DNA of 64,000 nucleotides, taken from Flaccisagitta enflata. Lineage: Eukaryota. A program made the position numbers and the translations under genes. The DNA is taken from the NCBI GenBank assembly GCA_965153355.1, contig OZ231126.1, positions 26,288,001-26,352,000 of the forward strand, given 5' to 3'. The first letter of the stretch is position 1, and the number at the start of each line of letters is the position of its first letter. The notes beneath the pieces are model-generated. The model did not search any database. It was not told the DNA's origin and saw only the letters and a program-made list of their open reading frames with translations. Below are positions 26,403 to 42,027 of this stretch, piece by piece.

Positions 26403-26573
26403 CACTTTTTTTCATTATAAGAGACAGCATTTTCGAACTCAGCCTGGGTTGTCTTAAATTTTTTGCAGTTTTGAGGCTTGAATTCTCCTAGATTGTTCTT
26501 AACTTTTCAACGTGTGGGCAAATCTGAGGCTCATGTCTCTTATAAACTGGTCTCTTATAAAAAGAAAGAGTAG
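26403..26573. mobile_element. Small degenerate TA-flanked MITE
   Basis: Inverted TTATAAGAGAC / GTCTCTTATAA near both ends, with TA flanks. Confidence 0.45.
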
Positions 26574-26909
26574 TACAGATTGTAAGTAACCAAGGACCCG
26601 GTCAATGCTTTGTCATCTCCGTTCCGTATCTTCTGCCCAGCAGCTGCCCCATTCCGCATTCCTGAACACCCAGTCCTCGATTTCCGCATTTCTGCGCGTT
26701 GTTGTCGCCTTTTCGCCATTTTGTAGTTTTGGAATTTATCCTCCTCAATCATACTTTTCCTCCTCGTACCCCCCCCTCCCGCTCTTCCTCCTCCTCTTCC
26801 TCCTCAATCATCAGTCTTCACTCGACCAAAGCAAAGAAATGTGGGACTCATTTCCGGCTACAAAATAAGGCAATAAGACAAAAAGTTGCTCACTCTGTTG
26901 CTCTCTTTC

Positions 26910-27495
<586 letters not shown>

Positions 27496-28922
27496 CCAAA
27501 AACAGCGTACCCTATCAGAGCAGGTTCACCTCCATTTCCTAGCGGCAACGGACTTGCAATTATTTCCTTCTCAGCTCCTTGTTTTTCTTCAAGGACCAAT
27601 GAAACGCTTCTCCCCGTTTGCCCTATTTTATCTCACCCCGACGAGGCAAGGTAGAAAGAAATAGAAGATGAAAAAGAAAAAGAAAGAGTGAAGAAAAAGA
27701 AAAAGAAAAAGAAGCAGAAGAAGAAGGGAAAGAGTAAGAGAAAGAGAAAGAAGAAAAGCATAAGAAGAAGAAGAAAAAGGAAAAGAAAAAGAAAAAGAAA
27801 AAGAAAAAGAAAAAGAAAAAGAAAAGAAGAAGAAAAGAAAAGAAAAGAAAAGAAGAAAGAAAGAAAAAAAAGAAAAGAAAAGAGTCGCAAAAGCCATTCA
27901 TGGTCAGCGGTAAGAAAAGAAAAGATAAAAGAAAGACAAAGGAAAATAGAAGAAGAAAAGAAAGAAAAAACAAAAGGTAAAGAAGAAAAACAAGAAAAAA
28001 GAAGAAAAAAGGTTAAGGTTTAATATTTTTACACTACTTCTCAACAGCAATAGATTATGTCACCTTCTCATTTCATCTGTCTCATTGTTACACCCTTAAG
28101 GGCATTTCTCTACTTGGAAATCACGTTCTCTTATCTCTCACCTTCTCCTCGAAAAGAAAAAAGCAGAAGAGGAGAGGAAAGGCAGGGAAGAAAAAAGAAA
28201 AAAGCACTAGAAGAATATAAGAAAAAAAAATAAAGAGAAAAAGAAATATAGATATGGTTTACAGTTCCATGTTGCTAACACTGCCATATCTTCAGAGTTA
28301 CAAGATTCACGCTCCCTCTCTCATGATCAGCATTCTGTTTGCCACTCTCTGTTTGCTTTCCCACTGGTTGGACTGATCCATCTTTCAAACTACCTCTCTC
28401 TTTTAAAAACTATCCCCTACTTCCATCTATTCTCCCATCTTTTATTTTTCTTTACCTATTCTTCTTCTTACTCCAACTCCATCCAATTCCCATCTCTCCC
28501 TCTTCTCTCTCTCCACTTCACTCTAGTGGGTTTGGACTCAGTCTGTTGCTTTTTCTGAAATCCTGAGCTTTCTTTCTTCCCCACGTCATTATATGGCTCA
28601 AGGCATTTCTTCTTCTGCCCATATCAAGAAAGAGATTCTTTTTTTTTCTTGCTGTTTCTATCTGTATTTATATATTCTCCTATATTTTTGTTCATTTTAC
28701 TATAATTCTTACTGATTTTCTGTCTTTAGTTTTTTTTCTTTTACTCATTGCTCATTTGCTCCTCTTTCTTATTATTCTACCTAATACCACTTCCTCCCAC
28801 CAATTTTTTCAAAAGATGCATTTCTATAGGATCGGCAGTCTGGCGGCCCAATTGCCTGTAAATCCTGTAACATTAACCCTTCAACGATTATAAAAACTTC
28901 ACGAAAGACGCGTCATCCAGCC

Positions 28923-29409
28923 TTTTTGGGCAGCGGCCCCAAAGGGCCGATGTCCTGTAGGACACAGGGGTGAATTTCCATAAATCCTTCCGTCCGTCCG
29001 TCCTTCCGTCCATCCCCCCCCCCCCGAAGTTTCTCAAGCCTCAAATTCCCATTGAATAACATGGAAAATTGATAAAATGCAAACATCCCATTGAATAACA
29101 TGGAAAATTTACCAAAAAGTGATAAAATTCATATTTCCCATTGAATAAAGTGGAAAATCGATAAAAAATGAAAAAATGTAAAATTCCCATTGAATAACAT
29201 GGCAAATCGACAAAAAAATTGAAAAATGCAAAACTCCCATTGAATATCATGGAAAATTACTCCTAGGGCCTTAAATATGCCCTCTCAGTACATATGGAAA
29301 TTCAACCCTGTGTCCTACAGGACACTACTCTCACTCCACTTCTCCAGCTAATCACTCCAAGCAGGGCATCGGGTACCGATGACCATGTGCGATCCTTGGT
29401 TGACTTGTT
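28923..29409 (+). mobile_element. Helentron/HINE-like element, family B, with internal minisatellite
   Basis: 32-bp subterminal inverted repeat TGTCCTGTAGGACACAGGG.TGAATTTCCATA (28951-28982 versus 29293-29324), (CGTC)n, five copies of CCCATTGAATAACATGG at 39-50 bp spacing, TTGTT end. Confidence 0.62.
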
Positions 29410-29705
29410 GGTCTTAAAAGATATAATTTCCCTCCGTCCCCCCCCCCCCCGCTTTATTCACCTGAAACCCACTTTTCACTGTCAGTAACCCATCTCCCTT
29501 TTTTCCCGTTTCTCTCACTCCTCCATTTTTATCACTTTTCTACTCTTTTGTTTTTTGTGTGTTTTTTAGCTCCAAGCGCGAAAAAAAGGGAAAAAAATTC
29601 TATCATCTTTGTCTTTCTTCTTCCTGCCTGGAAATATTCATGAAAAAATCTCTTCCCAAAAGTTACAGCAGTCTTGACTTGAGAGGAGAAGGAAAAAAAG
29701 ATATA

Positions 29706-29780
<75 letters not shown>

Positions 29781-31287
29781 CCATGTCTCTCTGTCCATCT
29801 ATTTGTCAATCACCTTGCCAATGCGTCAATTGTCCGGAGAACTTTGATTTTCTTCTCCACTGTTTCCTAAGTCATCCCGTCAGATTACAAGTCGATTTAG
29901 TTCAAACTGTGGCGCTTATTTAGTCGTTTGTTTGCCTAGCTGTTCGTGTTTATTTATTCGTATCCTTCATTTTTGGTTTGTCTATGGGTTCGTTTTCTGG
30001 AGATTGATTGTTTGTTTGACCATTTGTTTTTTTGTTTCTTTTTGTTTCTTTTTTTTTTTGTAGGGAGGTTCGTTGGTTGGTTGGTTGAATAGTTGGTTGG
30101 TTGATTTCTTTATTGGTTGGTTGGTTGGTTGGATGCTTTGATTCCTCAACATTTATGCGTGAGCGTTGAGTTTCCTGGTCGTTCCACTTTCGTTTCCACT
30201 CAGTCGTGTGTTTGTCACGTGATTAAAGGTGCACCTCTCACGTGATCACCACGTGATGCCTTTGAGCGGACGAATGAAAACGGAAATCGCCGCCTAATCC
30301 ACCGCATCCCCCCTCTTCTCCACCTCCGCCATCACCGTCTGTCCACCGCCACCTGCCATTGCCTTCTCCTTCGCTACCACCACTATCTTCTTCTCCTCCA
30401 CCACCGATTCCTCGCCTCCTCTCGTCCGCCGCCACATCCACTCCCTCCGCCACCGCTGCCACGTCTACTGCCTCCTCTTCCTCCACCGCCTCTTACATCG
30501 CCGTCTCCATCCATGAGCCGCCACTTCCACTTTATCCGCCACCGCTGCCACATCCAGTGCCTCCTCCTCCTCCGCTGCCACCTCTTACAGCGCCGCCTCC
30601 ATCCGTGGGCCGCCACTTCCACTTCCTCCGCCACCCTCACTTCCGCTTTGGCTCACGTACGGATGCGTGACGTGGCCTGGATTCGTTCCCTCGGCACCGC
30701 AGACCAGCAGAACAACTTTTTTCTTCTTTTTCTTTTTTTTTTCTTTTTTTTCTTTATAAACACAAATCATTCTCCCCTCTCTTTTTAATACCTGAACTTC
30801 TCCCGGCCTTCAACAACGTCAACATTCATCCCGGACAGACAGCGCAGCTCAGCCGCATTATTTGAATGTTAACCACCTTTAGTTTAGCCTGAACCACTAT
30901 AAGAAAATGGCCACGCTTATAGTTACCAAGGATGCAGAATCTACAGATGTTTTTTGACCGATTTAACTTTTGTCTTTGGATGATGGAATAATCTTTTGAC
31001 CTTAAAGAGCCACAGAAATATGCAGAAAGCGAAGCTGAAATTGTTTGAAGCACCATCAATGACGCGTTTTCGCCGCCTCGATGACCACCTAACCAACAGT
31101 CCATCATTCAAAGTTATTCCGTTGTGCTACTATCATCGGAACTAGCACGACCCGACCAACCCCCCTCCCCCCTTACTGCAATACCCTTAACCGGCAATCT
31201 CCAATACTTCGTCTCTCCTCGATCCTCCTCCATCACCTTATTCATGCCATCGCACACTCACCGACACGGCCTGGTACGGAAGGGAGA

Positions 31288-31381
<94 letters not shown>

Positions 31382-31500
31382 AGAGAATCTGGGATGAAAA
31401 CCAGTTCATAGAATATTTATGCTTTCTGCGCCGATAACAACCAAAATGAAAATTTGAAATTGGTTTTTCAAACCCGATTCTCTCGGGCGTAAAGAGAAAC

Positions 31501-31657
<157 letters not shown>

Positions 31658-32054
31658 AGCAACACAGACTAAAACGAAACACAATCTGATACACTATCAA
31701 GGGGGAGCTTAATCAAGGTTATTTACGTTAACATTCGAGAAAGAATCATGTGATAAGTGCACTTGAAGTACACCAGACTTTAGCAGCTTTTGTTACAATT
31801 CAAACAAATAAGTCTCCTAAGAAATCCTTGTAAACAAACAAATCACTAGAAAAACATGAACCAAAACATCACGAGCCAATTGAAGAGCGATCGAGTAAAC
31901 ATCGAGACACCTTTATCAGTAAAAAGAAACATTGTACTTAAAGAAAAATCTCTCTCTAACCATTGGGATAAACAAAGGAGTAACCACAACAACAAGGAGT
32001 TTGTTGACTAAGAAGATCCAGTTGATTCTCAGAGTGTTTGACATAAAGAGACAA

Positions 32055-32209
<155 letters not shown>

Positions 32210-32578
32210 ACAGAGTTCACCGACGCTTCCTGAGGGTGAGTTTGGTTCAGTGACGTTGTCATGGTGACCAACTTTCCTCCTCGTGTCATGAGAATTGCAA
32301 CGGTGACCATGGAGACGCGAGATCGCGCGGGTTCAAGGCTCCTCCTCGCAGGTGTTTTTTGTTGTTGTTGCGACACACCGACAGAGGGCCGTCGCTTCGC
32401 AAGTTGAAACAAGGAAACAAATTGGACAAAATAGCAATTGTTACTCGAAACAAAAGTCACTGGAAATGAAAGTCAACCGATCATGCGCTGTAGTGAAGTT
32501 GGCTAGTTTTCCAAATAATGAACTTTTTTGATCCTCTATCAAGTACATGAAACTCCGCGTGGTCCTATATACTGTAAG

Positions 32579-33148
32579 TTTTTAGTCGCGAGCTACGCGC
32601 AGGGTACGACAAAGTGCCCAAGCACGCAAGCATTGCTTGTAGGCAGCAACCAAATTTTGTAGGCAGGGATATAGGTGAAAGATTGAAATAAGAAAAAAAT
32701 GGGAAAAAACAAGATTTGTTCATTAGAAATTAGGATTAAACACTAGTTAGAGTTTCTATGACTAATCTGTTTATATTCTAGTTTTTTGTTCAGTAATTAT
32801 GTTTTTCAACTTTTATATAAATATTTTTTTATTTAACGAGAACAAAAACATCTATTTTGGGATTACATACAATTCAAAAGAAAAATTGTAGATATTTTGT
32901 AGGCAAGAGCTGGTAAGAAAAACTCGCTTGTAGGCAGCTAAAAATTTTGGCGGACCCTGGCTACGCGACTCTACACCCCGCTTTGTCGGTCCGTGCGTCC
33001 GTCTGTCGGTCCTTCCGTCACACTTTACTTTTTCAGGTTATTTGCAGTCTTTGGCCTCACTGCTCCTGCCTAAATGATCAAGTGACCTCAAATACGGCCC
33101 TTGCCTACCCGCACGCGACTGGGGTAGCCGTGTATCCGGCCTTGTTTT
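32579..33148 (+). mobile_element. Helentron/HINE-like element, family A, split by a hAT-like MITE
   Basis: TTTTTAGTCGCGAGCTACGCG|insert|ACTCTACACCCCGCTTTGTCGGTCCG...GCCGTGTATCCGGCCTTGTT. Confidence 0.75.
32600..32959. mobile_element. hAT-like MITE nested in a Helentron/HINE-like element
   Basis: TIRs CAGGGTACGACAAA / CAGGGTCCGCCAAA; perfect 8-bp TSD GCTACGCG (32592-32599, 32960-32967); internal TGTAGGCA repeats. Confidence 0.88.
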
Positions 33149-33560
33149 AAACAAATGTGATCTTAGTGTACCTCGTGAGGAATTTTATTGCAGTTAAAGG
33201 AAGTAAAGTCACCTTCTTCTTCCTTCCCCCCCCCCCCCCGTCCCCCCGCTTTTCCTCACCCGAATAACAGACGAAATCAACGAATCCCCTAAAACCATTG
33301 GTAAGTGATTTCAAAACTATGTTCACTTTTCTCAAGACGTAGAATGAGAAATAGAATTAGTCGTAATAAATCAAATTGAAATCACTTAAATCACCTTTCC
33401 ATTGTTTTGCCTGCACAAACGGCTTCAATAAAACCATTTTCTCATCCCGTTACAGTTGAACTTCTTTAATCATTCTAAATCACGCTTAAAATCACCCGCA
33501 TAATAACTAATCGATATTTAAAAAGAATAACGGAATGAGTCAATCAAGCAACGAGAATGA

Positions 33561-33676
<116 letters not shown>

Positions 33677-34091
33677 CGACGACGACGACGACGAAGAGTG
33701 TGAAAATGCGCATTTCCGTCTCTGCCCCCCCCCCTTTCACAACGAGTTTGTCACCCCACGTTACTTCTTTCCTCTCTCGTTTCTCTTCTTTTAATGGGAC
33801 ATTTCCTGAATTCGAAATTGAAAAAGAAAAAAAACAACCTTTTTTCTCCTCGATTTCGAAGTGACGGTGAGACGGAGATCGTCGTGGAATGTCTGTTCAC
33901 TCTTCTGTTGTTTCAAGCGTCAGCTCGATGATTGATTGATGGTGGATGAGTGAGAATCACCTTCGATGACGTTGTTTGACCTTGAGTGTTACGATTGGTG
34001 ACGTTATTGATACGAATATGACGAAATGTCAAACTAATACAATCTAATACCATTACATGGTCAGTTTAAGATGACAAAATTTGTGTGCAAC

Positions 34092-34424
<333 letters not shown>

Positions 34425-34922
34425 TTCGGGTCTGTGGACCGAAAAGGGGTAGAAGTTCATTCACTTTTTTGACGAATAAATCATTTTTTTGGTTTTGGAT
34501 TCTTTTCTTTCTTTCTTTTTAAGTCGAATTTCGGATTCGGGAGGGTCGCTTACGTCAAACCATTGGGAATAGCAGGGAAAAAAACATCTTTGACAAGAAT
34601 GACGACACTGGTGACGACACTGATGACGACGACGACGATGACGAAGACTACGATCGTTAAAACGGAGTTGACTGGGATGGCTGTGTGATCATATGACTTA
34701 TGAGGGCGAACGATGCTATCAACGATGTTGGATATTGTAATAAGGACAATGGTAAGAAAAGAAAGAGGGCAGATTTTTTTCTTAATTCGCATCTTTACAA
34801 ATATTTTCCTTCCTAGTTTCCCTCATGGCATTGTTCTTATATTCTCTTACACTCAACATTGCTGTCATTGTCTTTGTTCTTGTCACATAATATTGGTTAT
34901 GACATCAAGAACCATATCTTGA

Positions 34923-36025
34923 CACTCTTGTTCCATCTCTTATGTGCACCGTTTTTTTCTATGAAATTATTCATTCGTAACCAAAAATCTGTTTTTACAT
35001 GTGCCATGTGAGCCCATTCATACTATTTTAAAGAATCAGTCTTCAAATTGCATGCTTGGTACAGTAAAATGGTCTTAAAATTGCAAAATTTTCATGGAAA
35101 ATCTTAGAAAACAGTGAGAATTGTTTTAAAGAGGTATCTTTACTGCATTATTACCGACACAGTTTTTTTAATATGGTCAAATTTTTTTTGAGGGGCTGTT
35201 CATATCTATCTGACACTAATATAAAACTTTTTTGCCACATCATTTTCAGCATTTTGGATGTTTTTATCCGGTTCCTTTTAAAAAATGTCAGCTGACAATT
35301 GAATTTCCAAAAAGAGGATATTTTATTTTTAAAAATTCATTTGGGGTACTTCCTATTGGAGTAAAGCCATGAAATTTGAATGGTAGTCAAAGGAAGCACT
35401 AAACCTTTAGCATTCAAAATTTTGTAACAATCGGTTGATTTAAAGTATCAATTTTGTGAGTTTTTCTATTCCAAATTGTAAAATTTGAAATTTTTGAAAA
35501 AAACATTTTTCATCCCCTAAATAACAAATCTTGAACATAGATGAATATTTTGCATTTTTAAAAACATCAGACCCGAGATAATGTAATTTACTAGCGTCTG
35601 ATGTTTTTGGTTTTTCCAATTTTTCAAATTCTATGCAAATTTGTTATTTAGGGTGCACCTATGTCAGATTCAACAGAAATGTGAAAAAAAGGATATTTTT
35701 TGTTTAAAGTTTAAAATGGGGCACTTCCTGTTCAGGAAAAGTCATGAAATTTTTATGGAAGTTAAATGAAGCACCAAACCACCTGTATGTCAATTTTTAT
35801 TATGATCAGACAATTTTTAGTATCTATTTCAAAAATTTTTAATATTAATTTATGAAATTTATAAAATTAGTCATTTTTAAAGGAAAACTCACTAACTTTT
35901 TTGTTCGATGAGATTTTGCATTAATTCTTTCTTTTAACTACCCCAAGTGACATGTACTATCAGGTGAATCATTTGTTTTTGGTAAAAACAATGACCATTT
36001 TTTTGCTCCTGGCGAAACTGTAGTG
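34923..36025. mobile_element. Possible AT-rich DNA transposon relic
   Basis: Abrupt AT-rich block, CACT...AGTG ends, internal repeat GGGG(T/C)ACTTCCT...CATGAAATTT twice; TSD not convincing. Confidence 0.3.
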
Positions 36026-36096
36026 TCACGATAATTTTCATTGTGTCTTATCCCTGACGGCATTGATCATTTCGTTGTTTTCATTGTGGTGGGGAA

Positions 36097-36377
<281 letters not shown>

Positions 36378-36772
36378 TACCGTTTCTCCTTGATTTTTCG
36401 TCCTCTCTCGCATTTCATTCTCGAAATTTGCCAATCCCACGCCAAAAAAAAGTCATTTTCATCAACAACCCTCCTATCCTTCCAAGCCCGCCACTCTATC
36501 TTAACCCCCCTGTCCTCATCCTTACTCTGCCCCCCCCCCTTTCATAAACTCCTTCCCCCCCCCCTTCCTCCTCTGCCTTTGAATTCTTCCCTTATGTTTC
36601 CGTTTTTAATCCGCGAGTTTTTTTTTTTCTTTTTTTTGCCAAGAAGCGCGCGAAGATGTCGCTACTTGTCGCTTCTGGCACAAACTTCCTTTAACGCCGA
36701 GGCGGATTTTTGCGGCTAATAAACAAAAGAGCAAGACAAAACACAACAATAACGACTACAATGACAACGACG

Positions 36773-36810
<38 letters not shown>

Positions 36811-38697
36811 AAGCTAAGAAGGCTAAATTCAATCGCGCGTTTATGAGTCGAAATACAGTACGATGGGAGCAATAAGAGCAGTAGAAAGAGGGCCCTCTAT
36901 ATTCTCGCTGCTTAAAGGAAGAACCTAAAGCTTTGGATTTTCTGAAAGTTAATGGTCCAAGGTATTGAGTGAACACAAAATTCCAAACCAAGTGATTCAT
37001 AACAAAACCGCCAATTGATATCCTTAAATTGCATGTGGCGCGATGTTGATAGAGTGATGAACTTGGGAAAATCAATATCTCTCTCGCCAGTGTCACAGGT
37101 TCACATCCCAAGGGGCGCTGCACTTTTTTTCTTTTTGGTCAACAGTTAGAGCTAGAGGAATAAAACTATATTCACTCAAAGCTCTTGCTCATCAGCTTTC
37201 AGAAAAAACATAATTGAAGCTACTTTTCTAGAATAGTGAAGCAGGAAATGACCCTCCCTCTGAGGTTCTCATTGCTCCTATGGTACTGTAGCAAAGTGAC
37301 CGACGAGAAAAAAAAATGAAAGTACGCATGTGTAAAAATGAATGCCGCTGGGACAGCCTAAAGGAGGGTATTACCCTGCATATTTCATTGATTTCAGTAA
37401 AAGTGAATCTTTTGAATTTTTTTTTTCTGACACTTAAGTGGAAAGGTGGAAACAATTTTTAATAGGAGGAAGAACGAGACAACAACTTCCTTTCTTTATT
37501 TTTCATAAATCTTCAATGTTTAAACATGTAGTTTCCTTAATATTGAGCATAACTTATTGTTTAGAAGACAAAAACGAAGAAAAGAAAAGTGGCGGCTCAT
37601 GAATTCCGGTATGTATAGAAAAAGTAAGAACCAGCAAAGAAGCAAACAGACAAACAAACAAATGAACAAATGAACAATCTAACAGGCTCATGAAACAAAA
37701 ACAAACAAACGATTCAACGCTACGACACAAGAATGTAACGAACAAACGAATAAACAAACGAACGGTAGAACGAACGATAGAACGAATAAACGATAGAACA
37801 AACAAATGAACCATAGAAAGTTCACGACAGAACAACAAATGGAACGAACGATAGAACGATAGAACGAACCAATGAACGATAGAAAGTACACGCAAGAAAG
37901 TAAGGCCAAGCAGACCACGGCAGGCGACTTGATAAAACGGAAAGACAGCGTGAAAGAAAAAAAGAAGAGGAAGGAAAAATTACGGAAGTGGAAAAAATGC
38001 AAATTCATTTTTCCCGTTGGTTGGAATCGAATCGCAGCAAAAACCCAAATTCCAACTTTTTTCTTAACATTATTTTTCCCCCTCAAAGGAAAGAGAAAAA
38101 AATCTTCTCCATGGAAAGAAAACACGAGATTTCTTTTTGTCATCATCATCATCATCACCGTCATCGTCGTTGTCATCTTTGCCGTCGCTGTCATCGTTAC
38201 CATTTTAATTGTCATTGTATTTGTCATTACCCTTAGTAAAATATTGATCCCATTTTTCGATACGACAATAATGCGCTCTCTGCTTTGACCTCACATGAAA
38301 CGCATTTTACATAACTTCCCCACAGCGCTGCCCCTGCCCTCAATCAACACAACCCCTCTACCTGGCCCTAATCATCCATATCTCTCTCTCCCTCAATTTC
38401 TCATTTTTCGCCGGCGACCCCATTTCCCCCCCCCCTCCACAAACTTTTTTTTCATTTTTTGTTTTCCCCATATTTTTCGTCTTCTATCCGGAATTGCAGA
38501 TGTTGTTTGTTCCCTTTCTATTCTTTGGGGAGGGAGAGCGGAGAATAAGAGATATCGTGAGAAAAAAAAGTAACAACGAGAGAGAGGCAAACATTAAACA
38601 CACACGCACGCAGACTTGCAGACTTGCAAAGAGACAGAGACAGACAGACCGACGGACACAAACACGAATTCAAAGAGTTTGACAATACGTACTGTTT

Positions 38698-38819
<122 letters not shown>

Positions 38820-39340
38820 CATCCCTGTTTCATATACAAAGACGTCATCGCGTTTTTCGTTTTTACGACGGGAAAGAGCGGCGCTATCGTCGCTGTCGGG
38901 CGCTATCGTCGCTGTCGGACGCTGCCGGGCGTTGCCGGGCGTTGCCGAAGCTTCAGTAGCGAAACGCCGACACAAGAGAGAGAGAGAGATATAAGGAAGA
39001 AAGCGCGCCGGTGTAAAGTTACCTTGAGAGCGGCGCTGCCGGCGCGCGCGCAAGATTATGGCAGATATAAAACTCGGTCCAAACGGGGGACACTTGAGGT
39101 CGATACTCTCACGAGGGAGATCAATACCGAAAGCACTGAGTGAGCCAAGGTTTACGACCTGAGTGAGGGTTGGTGAGGAGGGGAGGGGGTTGGGGGAAGA
39201 ATACCGGGGCACTAAACGAGCTGGAGTCAGGGTAAGATTGTCTCGGGGACTGAGGGTGGAGTGTTCGTTACCAAAGCATAGAACAAGCGATTTTTAGTGA
39301 CTGTTAGGATGGGAGCAGAGGCATGCTCGCGGTGATAGGA

Positions 39341-39512
39341 GGGGGTTGAGATCCTTGTACATCGAATCACTGAGCGATCCGAGGTCTACTACCTGACTGG
39401 TGATAGCGGAGGCTGGTATGGGAAGTGTTCTAAGGTATTATTGGGGGTTAAGATCCTTGTACATCGAATGACTGAGCGAGCCCGGGTCTACGAACTGACT
39501 GGTGATAGCGGA
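39341..39512. repeat. 70-bp direct repeat, two copies (period 102)
   Basis: GGGGGTT.AGATCCTTGTACATCGAAT.ACTGAGCGA...CTGACTGGTGATAGCGGA at 39341-39410 and 39443-39512. Confidence 0.85.
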
Positions 39513-39804
39513 TGGGCAGCGAGAAGGTGACATGGTAGGTAGTCTTAGATGGGGGTGTATTGGGTGTTGAGAAAAGGTTGATTCTAGTTTTATCCCATGA
39601 GACACGTAAAAAGATGATGAAGAGGAATTTCAAGTAGGGGCAAATGGAACGAAGGAGAATAGCAGTATGGAAATAAGTAGTGCCTATTGCTTGAGAGTGA
39701 AGGTGCAAGAGAGGTGCATCGATAAGGTTAAATTATTATCATTCTTATGTAAGTTCCGAACAAGTCTCCAATCTGTAGAATAATTGTGTTTCTTCCTATC
39801 ACCG

Positions 39805-40008
39805 TTTTTAGTCGCGTGCTACGCGACTCTACACTCCGCTTTTTCGGTCCGTTGGCGTTGGTCCATCAGTCCATCCGTCGGTTCGTCACACTTTTTTGGT
39901 TTTTTTGCGGTCTTTGGCCTCACTGCTCCAGCCCAAACGATCAAGTGACCTCGAATATGGCCTCTGCCCACCCACACGCGACTGTGGTAGCCGTGTATCC
40001 GGCCTTGT
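39805..40008 (+). mobile_element. Helentron/HINE-like element, family A
   Basis: Colinear with the 32579 copy (TCTTTGGCCTCACTGCTCC...GATCAAGTGACCTC...GCCGTGTATCCGGCCTTGT). Confidence 0.72.
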
Positions 40009-40861
40009 ATGGTATAGCTCCACCACTGAAAACTGACTGTATGCTGAAGGTTCGACCTCAATTTCGGTCGTATTTTTTTACGATTCGAATTTCACGCTTG
40101 AGGTGTTTTTGTTCGAAATGGAATTAATAAACGCGAAATGACGCGATTTTTACGAGACCCACCGGTAATCAATCCGTCATCATTGTCGTAATCATCGTCG
40201 TCATCGTCGTCGTCGTCGTCAACTACATCGTCACCGTCATCCTAGTCGTCGTATTACTGAACGTCGTCCTCACCGTCTACCGATTTATTGAACCCATCGT
40301 CACACAGTTTTAACGACATTTCGTCATATCGTAAAAAAAGATTCCATTTCCTTTTTAACTCGGATGACTGACCGAGTGAACCGACGCGACCGAACCAACC
40401 GACCATCCAAGCCGACCAAGTGAACCGACCGAACGATGAACCGAATCAATTACAATTACGTACATCGACCAAACAACGAATCGACAAACTAACGAATCAA
40501 CCAACTGACAAATTGACGGACCATCAGTTCAGGATCCTAATGCTGATTAATAGGATCGAATCCCACATAATGTAAGAACTTGGGTTAAAAATTTTTGCAT
40601 GTTTCCAATTTTACCTTCATCCTTCCCTTAGTCTTTACGCACTTTTCCTCATTCGCAATGTTTTAAAACGTACATGAAAAAAAATCGAGAGAAAAATGAC
40701 AATATCTAGAATAATGCAGTATCTCTCAGTCCATGCCACCTCTCCTTACCGTAAACATCTGTTTGCTTGTCTAAATACCACTGCCTGTCAGTTTGTCAAT
40801 TCATCTGTCTTTATTTCTTTATTTCTGTCTGTGTGTCTCTGTGTGTGAGTGTTTGTGTGTG

Positions 40862-41003
<142 letters not shown>

Positions 41004-41738
41004 TGTCTCTTCGTCCTTCGCGGTCTGTCCTCTATTTGGCGCGCATTTTTCGTTGATCGTAAAGCGTTTTTAGCGCGTTTTATTCGGGTCCTTCGTTCGA
41101 GGAAGAGAGAGGCAAAGTGAGAGAAAAGTTGTAAAATTCTGGCGACCGAAAAGCGGACGAAAAGTGACACTTCCATTTCTGTCTTTGTCACATCGTCACT
41201 CTCTCCTTGAGTCCTTCATTGCCACCCTTACCACCTTTCAAATCACCCTTCAATTCGCTTCTCTTGACTGTGTACCCTTCATGTTTGCTTTCCTCTCACA
41301 TCCAGAATTATGCGGTCCGATTATGCGGTCCTGTAAAAGTGTACATCTATACGCCAACGCATCTCTGTATCCGGTCGTGTCCTTTGATCTGTTGGTCTGT
41401 CAATCCGGCAAACCTTTGACGATCCACCGGGCGCATCTATTGGCCTGCTTGGCTATCTTTATATCATTCTACGTCACACTAATATTTTCCTGACCTCACT
41501 TTTTTGTTCCTTCCTTTTCTAAAACATAGTTTCAATGATTGACGTTTACTGATTCTCTCATCCGAGTCTGAGAATGCGCGATTACCCCCCCCCCCCCGCC
41601 ATCAACAACTCCTCTAACTTACCCAAAAAGCGACATAAAACTAATCCTTTTCTTTGTAGCCATTCTTTAGCGCACTTACTGATAGAGAGAGGGAAAGCGC
41701 CTCTACCGGCCGGTCCCGCTTGTCACTCTTTTACTATG

Positions 41739-41780
<42 letters not shown>

Positions 41781-41974
41781 CCTATAAACTTCTCACTCCT
41801 TCTTCCTCAATTTGTTGACGCTCTCTTCTTAATTTTATATTCCGATGACATTTTGACCTCAATTTCTCTTCTTGCCTCCGTCGTCTGACTAAACCGTGCT
41901 ACGATTTTTTTTCCGAGGACAGGGAGAAAAGAAAGGAAAGAAAGAAAGAAACAGAAACAGAAGTAGAAACAGAG

Positions 41975-42027
<53 letters not shown>

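Noticed and set aside
30359-30670. Pro/Ser/Ala-rich ORF as a possible first Hox3 exon
   Set aside because: No ATG start, hexapeptide or clear donor; it is degenerate CCR-triplet low-complexity DNA.
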